Source: Octopus vulgaris
Taxonomy: Eukaryota
Assembly: GCA_951406725.2 (NCBI GenBank)
Contig: OX597825.1
Span: 6,696,001-6,760,000 of the forward strand
DNA: 64,000 nucleotides
Reading direction: 5' to 3'
Made by a program: the position numbers and the translations under genes. Each line of letters starts with the position of its first letter. Position 1 is the first letter of the stretch. Shown here in pieces: positions 38,004-50,279 of the stretch. A model generated the notes under the pieces. The model saw nothing but the letters and a program-made list of their open reading frames with translations. It did not search any database and was not told where the DNA came from.

Positions 38004-39994
38004 TATTGTCTTAGATACCAGATACAGGTTAAATATAACTGACAAGAATTTCATTTGTGGTCAGTTAAAATCCTCTTATGGACAAAGCTTGAGCCAGATC
38101 TGTGTTCTTACCAAAAATGTCCCTTTCAACTGTTGAGATAAGCTACAGAACACATCTGAGACAGTGAAAGTAGTAAATACCAGGTAAAAGAAGCATAATC
38201 TAGTGTGAAACAACCAGCTTACTCAATATTTCCTTTTAATCCTAGAGATTCAAGTTTACACTCAACAAGTACATAATTCTTCCTCAATCACTCTGTTGAT
38301 AGATTTGGAAAACAAGCAACGAATGAATCAGACAGAATCAGGCAGAGTTTTTCAGGTAAAAATTACATTAGTACCAACATTCCTCCAGACCTACAGTAAT
38401 TAGAAGAAATCATTAACTGTCTAAAAAGTAGCACTAAATTACCAGCTTAAGCCTTCTATTTGCTATTCTGAGAGCAATGCTAAGCTGTTGGTTCAACCAA
38501 TTCCACATTTTGAAATTAATCATTTGATAAAAATTCATAACTCACATAATCACTCAAACACAATCGTTATCGGTTTATATGAAGAATAAATTACCCGTTT
38601 TGAAATTTAGAACTAAAACAAAACATTAAGTTTAAATGAAATTAAATTTGAGAAAGCTTAATTCAATCCGAACCAATCTCCACAGAGTAAAACTAAAAAT
38701 TCTTTGTAATTTTGATCATCACATGCAAAGTCAATTTATCTGTTAAAACATTGAGGAATTCCAAATTTCCTAGAAATTAGACGAGTCTTATAAACACTGT
38801 ATAATTCAAAATTCTAACGTGTTATACAGCTGCCAGCACCAAAATGTTGAGTTTACTGTCTTGACCTAAAAATTACTACAAGTGGAAAATTGTAATTAAA
38901 TCAGGAGTCACACTCATCGTTAATTTCTGGCAATTTTACATGTGAAGACTCATTAGCTTCAGTTTTTTTTCTATTTTTTTTTTTTTTGTAATTTTAAACT
39001 TTTTTAGAATATTTTCACAGCTTTTTTATATTAGTATATTTATTCAATTCTGCAACTTGTCACCAGACTAATAAAAAAAGAAGGAAAAAAATTACTTGCA
39101 AAATTCTCTGAAAATCACAATAAGTGTTCAAATTCCAACTGTCTGAATAATTAAAGAGGAAGCTAACTTTGTCAAAATGATAAATAAAAACTAAAAAAAA
39201 AAATACATAATGAAAATGAAAGACAAAAATTAGGATTTTTATTTTTCACTTCTTTTTCCGAGTAACATTTTCTTTCTTTCTCTTCTTACAAAGTCCTAAA
39301 TTGGATTTTAAAAATGAAAAGGTTTTCTTCTCGAGAATTTAAACAGAACTAAAACCGTACTTAAATGTTTTTTGTTTTGGATCTTCAAATCTTCTTTGAA
39401 AGAACCACCTCAATATAAAAATACCAATACTATACACACACACACATTTACTTGCATATATATGTGTATATATATCATTTAATAAAGATATGAGCCACTA
39501 ACAAATAGTTTCTTGCTGTGGAGATGTGTCAAGGCAAGTTTTTAAAACATGCTTTGTGTCTCCAAGCAATCTCCAGGCTCTGAGTACATCTACAAGTGTG
39601 TGTGTGTGTGTGTGTGTTTTATTCATTTCTGCCATTCAACTATGGTCATGCTGGAACACCACCATGATAAAAAAGTTGTTCCAAAGCTGGGAAACGAACC
39701 TGAGTTGCCTTGATGAAAGCAAGAAGCCTAACCATTATATATATATATATATATATATATACTTAAATATAAGAGAGTTACCGCTAAGTGGTTAACTCTA
39801 GTGCTAAAAATAGCTCCTTTTTCTGGTATAAAACTGATGGTATTTATATATATATATACATAAATGTATCATCATCATCATCATCATCTAATGTCCACGT
39901 TCTATGCTGATGTGGGCTGAAAGGTTTGACAGGGTCCAGTTGGTTCAAGGACCGCATTCTGCTCCAACATACGATTTCCTATGGTTTCTGTGGT

Positions 39995-40356
39995 TATTCT
40001 TTTAATTGTTTCAGTCATTTGACAGTGACCATGCTGGAGCATCGCCTTTTAGTCGAACAAATCGACCCCAAGATTTATTCTTTGTAAGCCTAGTACTTAC
40101 TCTATCTGTCTCTTTTGCTGAACTGCTAGGCTACAGGGACATAAACACACCAGCATCGGTTGTCAAGCGATGTTGGGAATGGACACACACACGACAGGCT
40201 TCTTTCAGTTTCTGTCTACCAAATCCACTCACAAGGCTTTGGTCGACCTGAGGCTATAGTAGAAGACACTTGCCCAAGATGCCACATAATGGGACTGAAC
40301 CCAGGACCATATGGTTGGGAAGCAAGCTTCTTACCACACGGCGACTCCGGTGCCTA
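39995..40356 (-). mobile_element. SINE-A nested in an older RTE-like fragment (about 39868-40600)
   Basis: RTE-like sequence resumes after 40360. Confidence 0.8.
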
Positions 40357-41689
40357 CTAAGTCACTCCAACACCAGCCATTTTACAGAATGTGCTGGGTG
40401 CTATTTTTTTTAATGGTACCAGCCCTATTAAGGTCACCTTGTAACAGCTCGCAAGACTACAAATCTTGAGAAGGTGGTGGTGGTGGAGGTGGTGTGTGGG
40501 GTGTTATTCTAGGGTATGAGGGGTTAAAGTGTGAGACTGGGGGTGGAATAGATCAAGTTCTTGTAGAAGAACTGCATGGTTACTCACATTTAGTTGCGGA
40601 GCTACAATAGCTGAGATGAAGTACCCTGGGGATCACCTCAAAGTACAAGGTGAGTAAAAGTGGGTGGGTGAGGGGATTGCATGAATGTAGGGGAGCAGGA
40701 AATGTGGGGATGGGGAAGCAGCTTGCAACTGCAATAAATACAACATACATATCTATGCAGATGTGTGTGTGTGTTATCATCATCATCATCATTTAACGTC
40801 TGTGTTCCATGCTGACATGGGTTGGAATGTTTGTCAGGGACCTTTGGGCCCAAGGAACTGCCTCGTGCGCTACTGTCTGCTTTGACATGCTTTTTATGGC
40901 CGGATGCTTTTTCTCATGTTCACCACTTTACAATGCGTATTGGGTGGTTTTTTCATGCCATCAGCTTCCAGTAACATCGCTATAGAGTTTGCAAGACTAC
41001 AAACCATGAGAGGGAAACTTTATGCAAGGAAATGAGGGCTAAAAGATGGGTAAAAATATAAGAGAAGGGACCAGAGCAGAAAAGGTTCCTTGCTGTAGAG
41101 AAGCTACATGGGTACCCATATTTTAGAAGTAAGGGTGGGAGAGATTGAGACATTGAAATGGAAAGCAACAAAATATAATGATGAGGTGTCAGGTGGACTT
41201 TTCAGTTATGAGTTTGGGTAGAAATGAATCGTTATAATCATTCCTATTCTGCTGAAAATTAGTCTTAATGAAGTATTGGATAGTTCTAGTTCTGATAGAT
41301 AATCTCAGTAATCTGCATGAAATTTAAGTAATAATCTCACCTCACATGAGATTAGATATCAACCCAAACTTGTTAGAAATTGTGAACCCCCAAAATCTTG
41401 AAGACATATTGTAGAATATTTTTAAGAGATGATGCAAAAAATTAATTACATGATTGTTTTTCCAGCTTCATATGTCATCAAAAATCATGGAAAGAATTAT
41501 GTTAATAAAAGATAAATAGTCTGTCAAGGTCAAAGCACTTCCCTGGATGTAGGATAGATTCTTCTGAATATATAAGCGACTTTTTAATTTGATCTTCTGA
41601 ACTTGCATTTTTATTACAATCTATGTAGAGAAAGAATGAAGTGAGCTAAATCTAAACCAGAATAGGATAATGACTTATAATGACCTAAC

Positions 41690-41829
41690 TTTTCTGATGC
41701 ATTATTTACATTATTTACATTTGATGGATAGTAGTCCTCATCTTATTTGTTGTTAACACAATGTTTTAGCTGATATACCCTCCAGCCATCATCAGGTGTC
41801 TTGGGGAAATTTTGGGTATTTTTTCGATA

Positions 41830-41860
<31 letters not shown>

Positions 41861-42073
41861 TATTATTCAGGTCACTGCCTCGAATCGAACTTGGAATCTT
41901 GGGATTAGTAGCCCATGCTCTTAAACACTACACCATATGCCTGATGAAAGCTGGAGTGTATATCAGCCGAAACGTGTTAACAACAAACAAGATGAGGACA
42001 AATATCTGTCAAATGTAAATAATGTAAATAATTCCTCATCGCTCAAATACAGAACTGTGTTTTCTGATGCATT
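41690..42073 (-). mobile_element. tRNA-headed, hammerhead-bearing retroelement with an inverted Penelope-like tail; copy 1, with a 14-bp TSD
   Basis: TSD ttttctgatgcatt at 41690-41703 and 42060-42073. Inverted arms at about 41701-41796 and 41940-42030. tRNA-like A/B boxes at about 41870-41940 (minus). CTGATGA...stem II...GAAA-type motifs in both arms (GAAA mutated in the left arm). Confidence 0.75.
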
Positions 42074-42361
42074 TAGTATATTCAAATGATTTTGCTTCTT
42101 TCTAGGAAACAGAAAACAGAACAAGTAAAGAATCTGTACCCAAAGGAACAATTAATATGAGAGAGTTTGTGAATCTATGCCTAGAAGTTCCAAAGGTTAT
42201 CATTACAACAACTAGATTGATAAATTCTGACAGATAATCAACAGCAACTAATACTCTGCCATTAAAGTTTGTGCTGTTTTATTTAATTAAACATTTTGGT
42301 GTCAATCTATTTTCAGCTGATGCAGTTCTGTTACATATCAATCAAAATGTATTAACCAATC

Positions 42362-42745
42362 GTGGCACTCTGGCGGTTACAAATACGGGGGTTCCAGTTG
42401 ATCCAATCAATGTAACAGCCTGCTCGTGAAATTAATGTGCAAGTGGCTGAGTATTCCACAGACCTGTGTACTCTTAATGTAGTTCTTGGGGAGATTCAGT
42501 GTGACACAGAGTGTGACAAGGCTGGCGCCTTTGAAATACAGCTACAACCGAAACAGGAAGAAAGAGTGAGCGAAAGTTGTGCTGAAAGAGTACAGCAGGG
42601 TTCACCACCAGCCCCTGCTGGAGCCTCGTAGATCTTTAAGTGTTTTCACTCAATAAACACTCACAATGGCCAGTCTGGGAATTGAAACCTCAATCCTATG
42701 ACTGCAAGTCCGCTGCCCTAACCACTGGACCATTGCACTTCCACA
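42362..42745 (-). mobile_element. tRNA-derived SINE family D variant
   Basis: Head gtggaagtgcaatggtccagtggttagggc..ggtttcaattccc; the 3' half is shared with 58900-59067. Confidence 0.78.
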
Positions 42746-44490
42746 TTAACCAATAAATCTAGAAATTTAAATGATGTCCGTTTGACTAATAATTAATTTT
42801 GACTAATGGTTAAACATTGCAATAAAAATAAGTCTTAAAATTTTATTCAATAAATATTGGAATTTTTTAATTTTTATGAAAGAGAAATATGCATATATAA
42901 ATATGCTAGATTCTTTTACGAACTTTATAAATAATGGAGCACCATTATATAAAAGCACGACCCTTATGAAACTGGGTTTCTATTGAGTTTGTAAATAATT
43001 TCTATGTTACTAAAGCCCTTAAGAATGTCATCAACATTATAGTTTTAAAGTCTTGTAAACACGAAGCTTGGTGCTTATGGTGGGAATTAATCATTTCATC
43101 AAGTTCCCTATTCTGTAGAGGGGATTTCTTGGTTGTGCTTCTTTTGTCAAACAAAATGCCAATTCCTTGTTGGTAAGAGGGAAAATGAAGAGGTAATAGA
43201 TGCATAGAAGTAAAATTCGAGGCAACATTTTTGCATATCATAACAAGAGAACGCATGCCATCAGATCAGAGTGCTAGAAATGTCATGTATCAACATCAGA
43301 GGCATCACAGAGAAATGCAAAAAAGAAAATAATTTCAAAAACAAGAAACTTTGGAAAAGTATTAGTCTCAAACAAAACAATCTCACAAATCACATCTAGA
43401 AACTCTTTACAACAGAGATATGGTCTTTACTTCAAAAACGAATACAAATATTTGACCAACTCTTTTTAATCAAATTGTAGATTTTCTTAATATTCAAACT
43501 AAATAACAATTTCTTATTTCGCATACTTTGACCATATTTCTTCTTTAACAAAAAAAAAAAAATGTCTTTGTTTTTTTCTCTTCTCCGAATATATTTTTAA
43601 TTTAATATAAAAAAAAGTGTATTTTAAAATAAACTCCATTGTATGCAAACATTTATCAGTAATATTTTGAATAATAAAGAGTAAATTTTTTTTAGAAAAG
43701 AACATTGATGGAAAGCGTGTGTCAAATACTATTTGTAAGGACTTGCTGTTTTAATTTCTTTTATTGTTCAATATTTGCCATCGTTAAAATGGCACTAGCA
43801 GCAATAATGGCAGATTTGTTTCTGCTGTGAAACTAATCAGAAATTCAGAACACGTTTCAAATTATTCAAAATATTGGAATCCCACTTAAAGATGAAGGAA
43901 ACAAACGAATAAATATTTTTAAATGCTTTCTCACATCATTTTCCTTTTTCCTTATGCCATTATATGCAAAAGTCATATGAAGAAGGAGTAGATTTTTAAC
44001 AGAAAAATCCAAACTACATGAATATATAAATTAATAAACAGAAGAATTCTGTTTTGGCATATTTAAACCAAAACATAAGCAGAAGAACAGAAAACAGAGA
44101 ATCAAAGCAGAAAAGATTTCAAGAAAAAGTATAAAATAGCAATTTTAATAAATAAAACCTCATATTTTTGAAGTTGACTCCTTGAAGTTAGCTTATCTTT
44201 TCATTCTTCTGATAATTTGTAGTTAATGGAATTAAGATCTACAAGACTTAAAAACCAGGGGAGAATAGCTAGACTTAGATCTATAGCTTATTCAATTGAG
44301 TAGCGCCTTTATATGGAAGCAAGTCTTAATTTCTATTGCTATGCTAAAACTAATGCTTCATCATCCATCATTTCAGAATAGTAAAAATAAAACTGATTTT
44401 TTTTCTCATTGTTTTACTTTTTTGACAAACATTTTGACAAAAACAAACAAAACGAGAAAAAAAAAATGGTAAAAGAATCTCATTACTCAC

Positions 44491-44790
44491 CATAAGTATT
44501 AAGCACATGAACTTTGAACTCTGTAGCTTTCAAGTCAGATGTTCTGCACACGTATATCCCTGCATCATCTAAGTGACTCCGTTGAATTACAAGTTTACTT
44601 ATCAAAGCCCGTGCAACCGTGTGGACATCTGATTTGATCTGTATCCTTTCATTATTGGTCTCTGAAGTAATAATTTCTCCATCTTTAAACCATGTAATCT
44701 CTTTTGGTGGACGACCTCCACTAGTGGCGTTACATATAATTTCAATAGATTTGGTGTTCTCCACATAGCCAGTCCCACTGATGTGAACAG
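44491..44790 (-). CDS. Internal coding exon encoding one Ig domain of a Dpr/zig-8-like IgSF cell-surface protein
   Basis: Translates to (x)VHISGTGYVENTKSIEIICNATSGGRPPKEITWFKDG...LVIQRSHLDDAGIYVCRTSDLKATEFKVHVLNTY, with the Ig Cys, Trp and DxGxYxC motifs. Acceptor ttctttctttgacag, donor ATG|gtgagt, 300 nt, phase 1-1. Family assignment is by resemblance only. Confidence 0.93.
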
Positions 44791-44937
44791 CTGTCAAAGA
44801 AAGAACAAATTTCATTTATACAAGCCATAGAAATGTTTGTTAAAGTGTGTGCATACATACAATGTTCTACTCTCCATGTGCATGTCTGATTGTGTTAATC
44901 TGATATGTGTACATGAATGTAAGTACATATATATGTA

Positions 44938-44981
<44 letters not shown>

Positions 44982-44985
<4 letters not shown>

Positions 44986-45135
44986 TAAAGCGCTCTCCAT
45001 CCAATGGTCGGTGTTGAGTTGTCAAACATTGAAACCAAATTTTCTCAAAACAACTTGTCTGACCGTCCCATAGCCCCCCCCCCCATTTGAGAAACACTGA
45101 TTTAACCTAAATTTGAGACACCAGCAAAAGAAGTA
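44982..45135. mobile_element. Partial copy of the Helitron-like repeat at 51.9-52.3 kb
   Basis: Near-identical aaaccaaattttctcaaaacaacttgtc...aacctaaatttgagacaccagcaaaagaag. Confidence 0.65.
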
Positions 45136-45147
45136 GAAAAAGTTATC

Positions 45148-45752
45148 GGTTTCAAATTTTGGCACAAGGTCAGTAACTTTGTAGAAGGAGCTAAATCGAT
45201 TAGATTAACCCCAGTACTTAACTGGTACTTATTTTATTGACCCCTAAAAGGATAAAAGTAAAATCAACCTCAGTGGAATTTGAACTCAGAATATAAAGCA
45301 AGAAGAAACATTGCTAAGCATTTTGTTTAGCATGCTAACGATTCTGCTTTCAAATTTTGGCACAAGGCCAGCAATTTCAGTGGAGAGGGTAAGTTGATTA
45401 CATTAACCCCAGTGCTCAACTGGTACATATTTTATTGACCTTGAAAGGATAAAAGGTTAACCCTTTTGTTACTGTATTTATTTTGAGATGCTCTGTTTCT
45501 TTCAATTACTTTAAATATAACAAAGAATTTAGTAAAATAACTTAGTTATCATTCAGCTAGTGTTAGGAACATAAATTGTGACTAAGGTTTGGTGGAAGAT
45601 TTGTACTCAGAGCTAGAGTCGGTTTCAGCTGGGTTGGTAACGAAAGGGTTAAGTCAATCTCGGCGAAATTTGAACTAAGAACACAGAGACAGATATAATA
45701 ATGCTAAGCATTTAGCCCAGCATGCTAACAACTCTACCAGCTAGCTGACTTA
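45148..45752 (-). mobile_element. Two tandem SINE-B copies, the second interrupted by a MITE
   Basis: Family motifs; the second copy resumes after 45652. Confidence 0.8.
45457..45652. mobile_element. Second piggyBac-like MITE family (TIR CCCTTTyGTTAC, TTAA TSD)
   Basis: TTAAcccttttgttac...gtaacgaaagggTTAA. Confidence 0.78.
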
Positions 45753-46522
45753 ACCATAGAAATAATAATGATAATTATTATTATAAACAATTATGATCAG
45801 TTTTATTATTATTGAATTCATAGCTCTTGAGGCTAATAAGGCCAATAGATTAGTTCTTGAGGTTAATTGGGTCAACAGCTTTATAACTATGCAATTAATA
45901 AAAACAAAGGCCCGCCAATCACTTCTCTACTGCGCTACCTGGACTATAAATATTTCACTGTTCGGATTACCAATTCTTTTGAAGTGTCACCAAGGAAATT
46001 GTCTAAATTCTAGTAATTCCAGAATAACCATAAGTTATATTTGCTAGCAGCATTAATGTGTGAGACTCACTGTCAAAGAAGTCAGAATTATCAGGGATGT
46101 ATTCAAGATTTATTTGTTCTTATCACCTTAAACTTGGTGTTAATGTGACAAGCTGCACTTGTACGGCCTCTAAGAGGCTTTTTAGGCTTAATGCAAACTG
46201 AAGCATGACAAGAAGACCACAACCTCCACTTTCCAGTTTGTTAGTTCCAACGTCTCCTGTTTGACACCTCTATCAATATGGACAAAATGCAATAAGTGGG
46301 GGAAAAAAAAAGAAGTTTTAATCAGATCAGCAACTACTCTGTACTTAGTACTGGAATTGTACAGCAGTTAGTAATATTACAAAACTTACTGATCCGCATA
46401 AAAACTTTTAAGTACTAAAAAAGATTACATTCATAAATTTGCATTCTCATACAGACACACACACACACGAATATACATTACATATGTGAACATTTGACAA
46501 CCATCTTCTCAACATACACACA

Positions 46523-46553
<31 letters not shown>

Positions 46554-46704
46554 CATGTATGTATGTATGCATGAAAGGATAGATAGGAAGATGGGTGGAT
46601 AAATGAATTGGTAGGAGGGTAGATGGGAAAAGGGTGGATAGAGGGACAGATGAAAGAATCTATAAAGATAAAGATATATATATATATATATATATATATC
46701 ATAC

Positions 46705-46878
46705 ATCATCATCATCATCGTTTAACGTCCGTTTTCCATGCTAGCATGGGTTGGATGGTTCGACCAGTGTCTGGGAAGCCAGGAGGCTGCACCAGGCTCC
46801 AGTCTGATCTGGCAGTGTTTCTACAGCTGGATGCCCTTCCTAATGCCAACCACTCCATGAGTGTAGTGGGTGCTTTTT
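46705..46878 (-). mobile_element. RTE-like 3' end
   Basis: Near-identical to 10150-10320. Confidence 0.82.
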
Positions 46879-47047
46879 AAAATTCCATACTGGTAATCAA
46901 TATAACAGCTCATAACTAAAGGTTTCATGCAACTAACATTACGGCCAACTGTGTACACAGAGACAAAAATAAATGTAAGGTGTGTGACTTGTAAGCATTA
47001 CACTAAACCATCAGGCATGAGGTAAAAAAAAAAGCCTATTTACTCAC

Positions 47048-47050
47048 ACA
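47048..47050 (-). CDS. Candidate 3-nt microexon (TGT) upstream of the 44.5 kb Ig exon
   Basis: Minus strand reads gttattttctttatctctag|TGT|gtgagtaa: strong pyrimidine tract and consensus donor. Frame-preserving. Confidence 0.45.
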
Positions 47051-47377
47051 CTAGAGATAAAGAAAATAACATTATTCACAAATGAGACATTTTAAAGGAT
47101 TCATTGATTAAACTTATTCTATCTCTCTCTCTCTGAGACACACACACACACTCTCTCTCTCACACACACACAACCCTAAATCTGAGCAAAGTGAGGTTTC
47201 AATTATGAATTAAGTATATGAAAAGGAATGCAAATTCAAAAACATAGTCTTGTAGAAATGACAAAAAAAAAAAAGAGAGAGATTTTGAACTTGTCTGAAT
47301 GTGAAAATCAAGAAATTAAGTTAAATCAATGTAAGGAAAATGTGAAAAAGATTCACATGTATTCAAATATGTGAAAT

Positions 47378-47523
47378 AGGAGATTTACACATATTAGATT
47401 ATGAGAAAGGAGAGATTTACATATATTAAATTATGAGAAAGAGGAGATTTAGATATATTAGATTATGAGAAAGGAGAGATTTACATATATTAAATTATGT
47501 TAAAGGAGAGATTTACATATTAA
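47378..47523. repeat. Minisatellite, about 32-bp unit x 4.5
   Basis: Unit gagatttacatatatta(g/a)attatgagaaag(g/a), with alternating variants. Confidence 0.85.
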
Positions 47524-48014
47524 AAGTGTATTAAAATCTCACAAAATTATAGCAAAGCTGAATTTAAAGAATATTAAACAATTTTTTTACTATATCTGAA
47601 GTTAACTAGTTTCTGCATATTAATAAATGTGGAAAAGTGAAAAATATAAAAAATAAAGATGTGCATATCACTAATTTTTGGCAGGTTTTAATTAGAAAAT
47701 TTGCAAAAAAAAAAAGATAGGATAAGATGTCATGGTAAAAAGTAAAATAAAGTAGAAAGTCTGTTTCATATTCACAAAGTAAAAATTGATCTTAGAAAGA
47801 AAGCATAAATCTTAAGTTTCGAGCCTGGAGGCAATAAATGGTACTTCCCTCAAGTTACAGCAGAATTCAGATAGTTGCTGATGTTAAGTTTCAGTTTACA
47901 TCTAGAGACACAATTTTAGCCCTAGGTCTTCAACTAGTGAGCAGTCAAAATGGATCTTACATATCCATACTACACATTTATTTCATAATATGTGGATAAA
48001 TATCTTAAGTTATA

Positions 48015-48643
48015 TACTCTTTTACTTGTTTCAGTCATTTGACTGCAGCCATGCTGGAGCACCACCTTTAGTTGAGCAAATCGACCCCACGATTTATTCT
48101 TTGTAAGCCTAGTACTTATTCTATCGGTTTCTTTTGCTGAACTGCTAAGTTATGGGGACGTAAACACACCAGCATCGGTTGTCAGACACACAAACACACA
48201 TATATATATACATATATATACGACGGGCTTCTTTCAGTTTTCGTCTACCAAATCCACTTACAAGGTATTGGTCGGCCTGAGGCTATAGTAGAAGACACTT
48301 GCCCAAGGTGCCACACAGTTGGACTGAACCCGGAACCATGTGGTTGGTAAGCAAGCTACTTACCACACAGCCACTCCTACGCCTATATGTAACATTGACG
48401 AGATGTGGTGAAAATTTTTAACAGGATATGTGATATGAGGCATTGATTTTGAAAATTATCAAGAATTTGGAGGGATTTAATAATCATTTCTACTCTAGGC
48501 ACAAGGCCCAAAAGTTTTGGGGAGAGGGCCAGCTGATTAGATCTACTCCTGTACACAACTGGTACTTAATTTATTGACCATGAAAGGATGAAAGGCAAAG
48601 TCGACCTCGGCGGAATTTGAACTCAGAACATAAAGACAGACGA
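48015..48643 (-). mobile_element. SINE-A (48015-48384) and 5'-truncated SINE-B (about 48484-48643)
   Basis: Family motifs. Confidence 0.85.
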
Positions 48644-49157
48644 AGGATTTAATGATTGACCCTTTATTTTTTTATTACACAGTTGTTTGGATTATAACTT
48701 GACAAAAGGTTTTACTTCAAATTAGAAGGGAAGATTTATGCTTAAAGTTAGTGTTTTTTTTATTATTAAAAATCAAAGTTTTCAGGTGGGGTCATATCAA
48801 AGTGATTAATAAATATGGTTGTTATTCACTTATTCTCAACTGGTGACCTTTTACAAAAAAAGTCTACTCAATACCATCAGTCATCTAAAAGTTGACAAGA
48901 TTCAATAGCTTGCATGAGAGCTGAGAAAATTCACAGACTTTCACATTGTTGAATAACTCAGCCATTATTCCCAGCAATTAGAAACCATAAATATACACTC
49001 GCAGACTGTCATCCACGTCACTCTTAAAACGCATCATTCTAATGTATCGATGCAACAATGTAGATGATGATAGTGATGTTAATAAATGGATAAGAACATC
49101 ATAAAAGTTGTGATGATGTAAATGCACAGAGGCTGGGGACAGGAACAATAAAGGAAG

Positions 49158-49610
49158 GTTTAACCCTTTGGCTTTTAAACTGGCCAAATCTGGTGAAAAT
49201 ATTCTGCCTATTCTATCTTCAAAGTGACCAGGTCTGGCCTCTCACACCTATCTTAACCCTTTAGTATTTAAACCGGCCATATCTGGCCAAAATAGTTAAT
49301 CTGTTTTATGTTCAAACTGACCAGATCCAGGCTCTTGCACCTACCCTACAATGTTATTCTACATTAAGTAATTACACCATCAACATCTTGAAGATATGAG
49401 ATAATGCATGATTAATTCAAATCAATGTGAATCAATAAGCATTATGTTTGATAGAGTAATCTGAACACTAAAGGGTTAATGTCATTCTTAAAAATAAACA
49501 ATCCTGTCTTTGAAATCTTGAAGCTACAAGACAACACATGATTAATTCAAAACAATGGGAATCAAAAAAGCTTTACTTTTGATAAAGTAATCTGAATGCT
49601 AAATGGTTTA
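49158..49610 (-). mobile_element. piggyBac-like MITE with a second copy (49254-49479) nested inside
   Basis: The inner copy is bounded by TTAAccctttag...ctaaagggTTAA; the outer copy resumes at about 49480. Confidence 0.8.
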
Positions 49611-50279
49611 GATTTTGAATTCAAGACAAAGAATTATGTCTCAGTTCACAGACAAGAGAATCAGTACCGAGTCTTTTGCTGTTGTTCTCCCCTTAACCAA
49701 GGAGAAATTCATAACATTAAATTTACCGAGATAACTACAGCACTATTAATTTTTATTCTTTAGAGGTTATAGTGTTGCTGTTGCTGATTGTTGTTGTTGT
49801 TAAGCAACAAGACGGGTAAGGGTGATTAGGGGATGGTCTAGGGCTTAGGGGCAGGAGACCCCAAACCTCGGAAAAAAAAAAACTTTGGTCGTCTTGTTGT
49901 AGTTGAGGGCTCTTCGTTGACACCTGACACCACTGGGAGGTGGCCCTGAAAGTCGCTGGAAATGGAGATCTCCAGGTCCAAATTCTTGAACGGCTGCTGT
50001 TGCCGATGTATTGGTGTTGGTAATAATCCTTTCTAACAACCACAAAGGTGAAAATTTGTGGGGAGACAACCAACCAATCAATTATACAGTGGCCAGGTTG
50101 ATTGTATATGTATCAACTCTGGAAGGGTCAAAGGTAAGGTTGGCCTCCACAGGATTTGAACACTGAACATAAAGAGCCAAAACAAATTACTTCAAGGTAT
50201 TTTGTTACAAGTTCATCCACTTTTGTTAATCCACTCCCTTGATGATGGCAGAGGTAGTAATAATAAGTTTTTAATTTAG

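Noticed and set aside
47378-47523. About 32-bp repeats as a possible CRISPR array
   Set aside because: Head-to-tail units without unique spacers, in a eukaryotic context with no cas genes.
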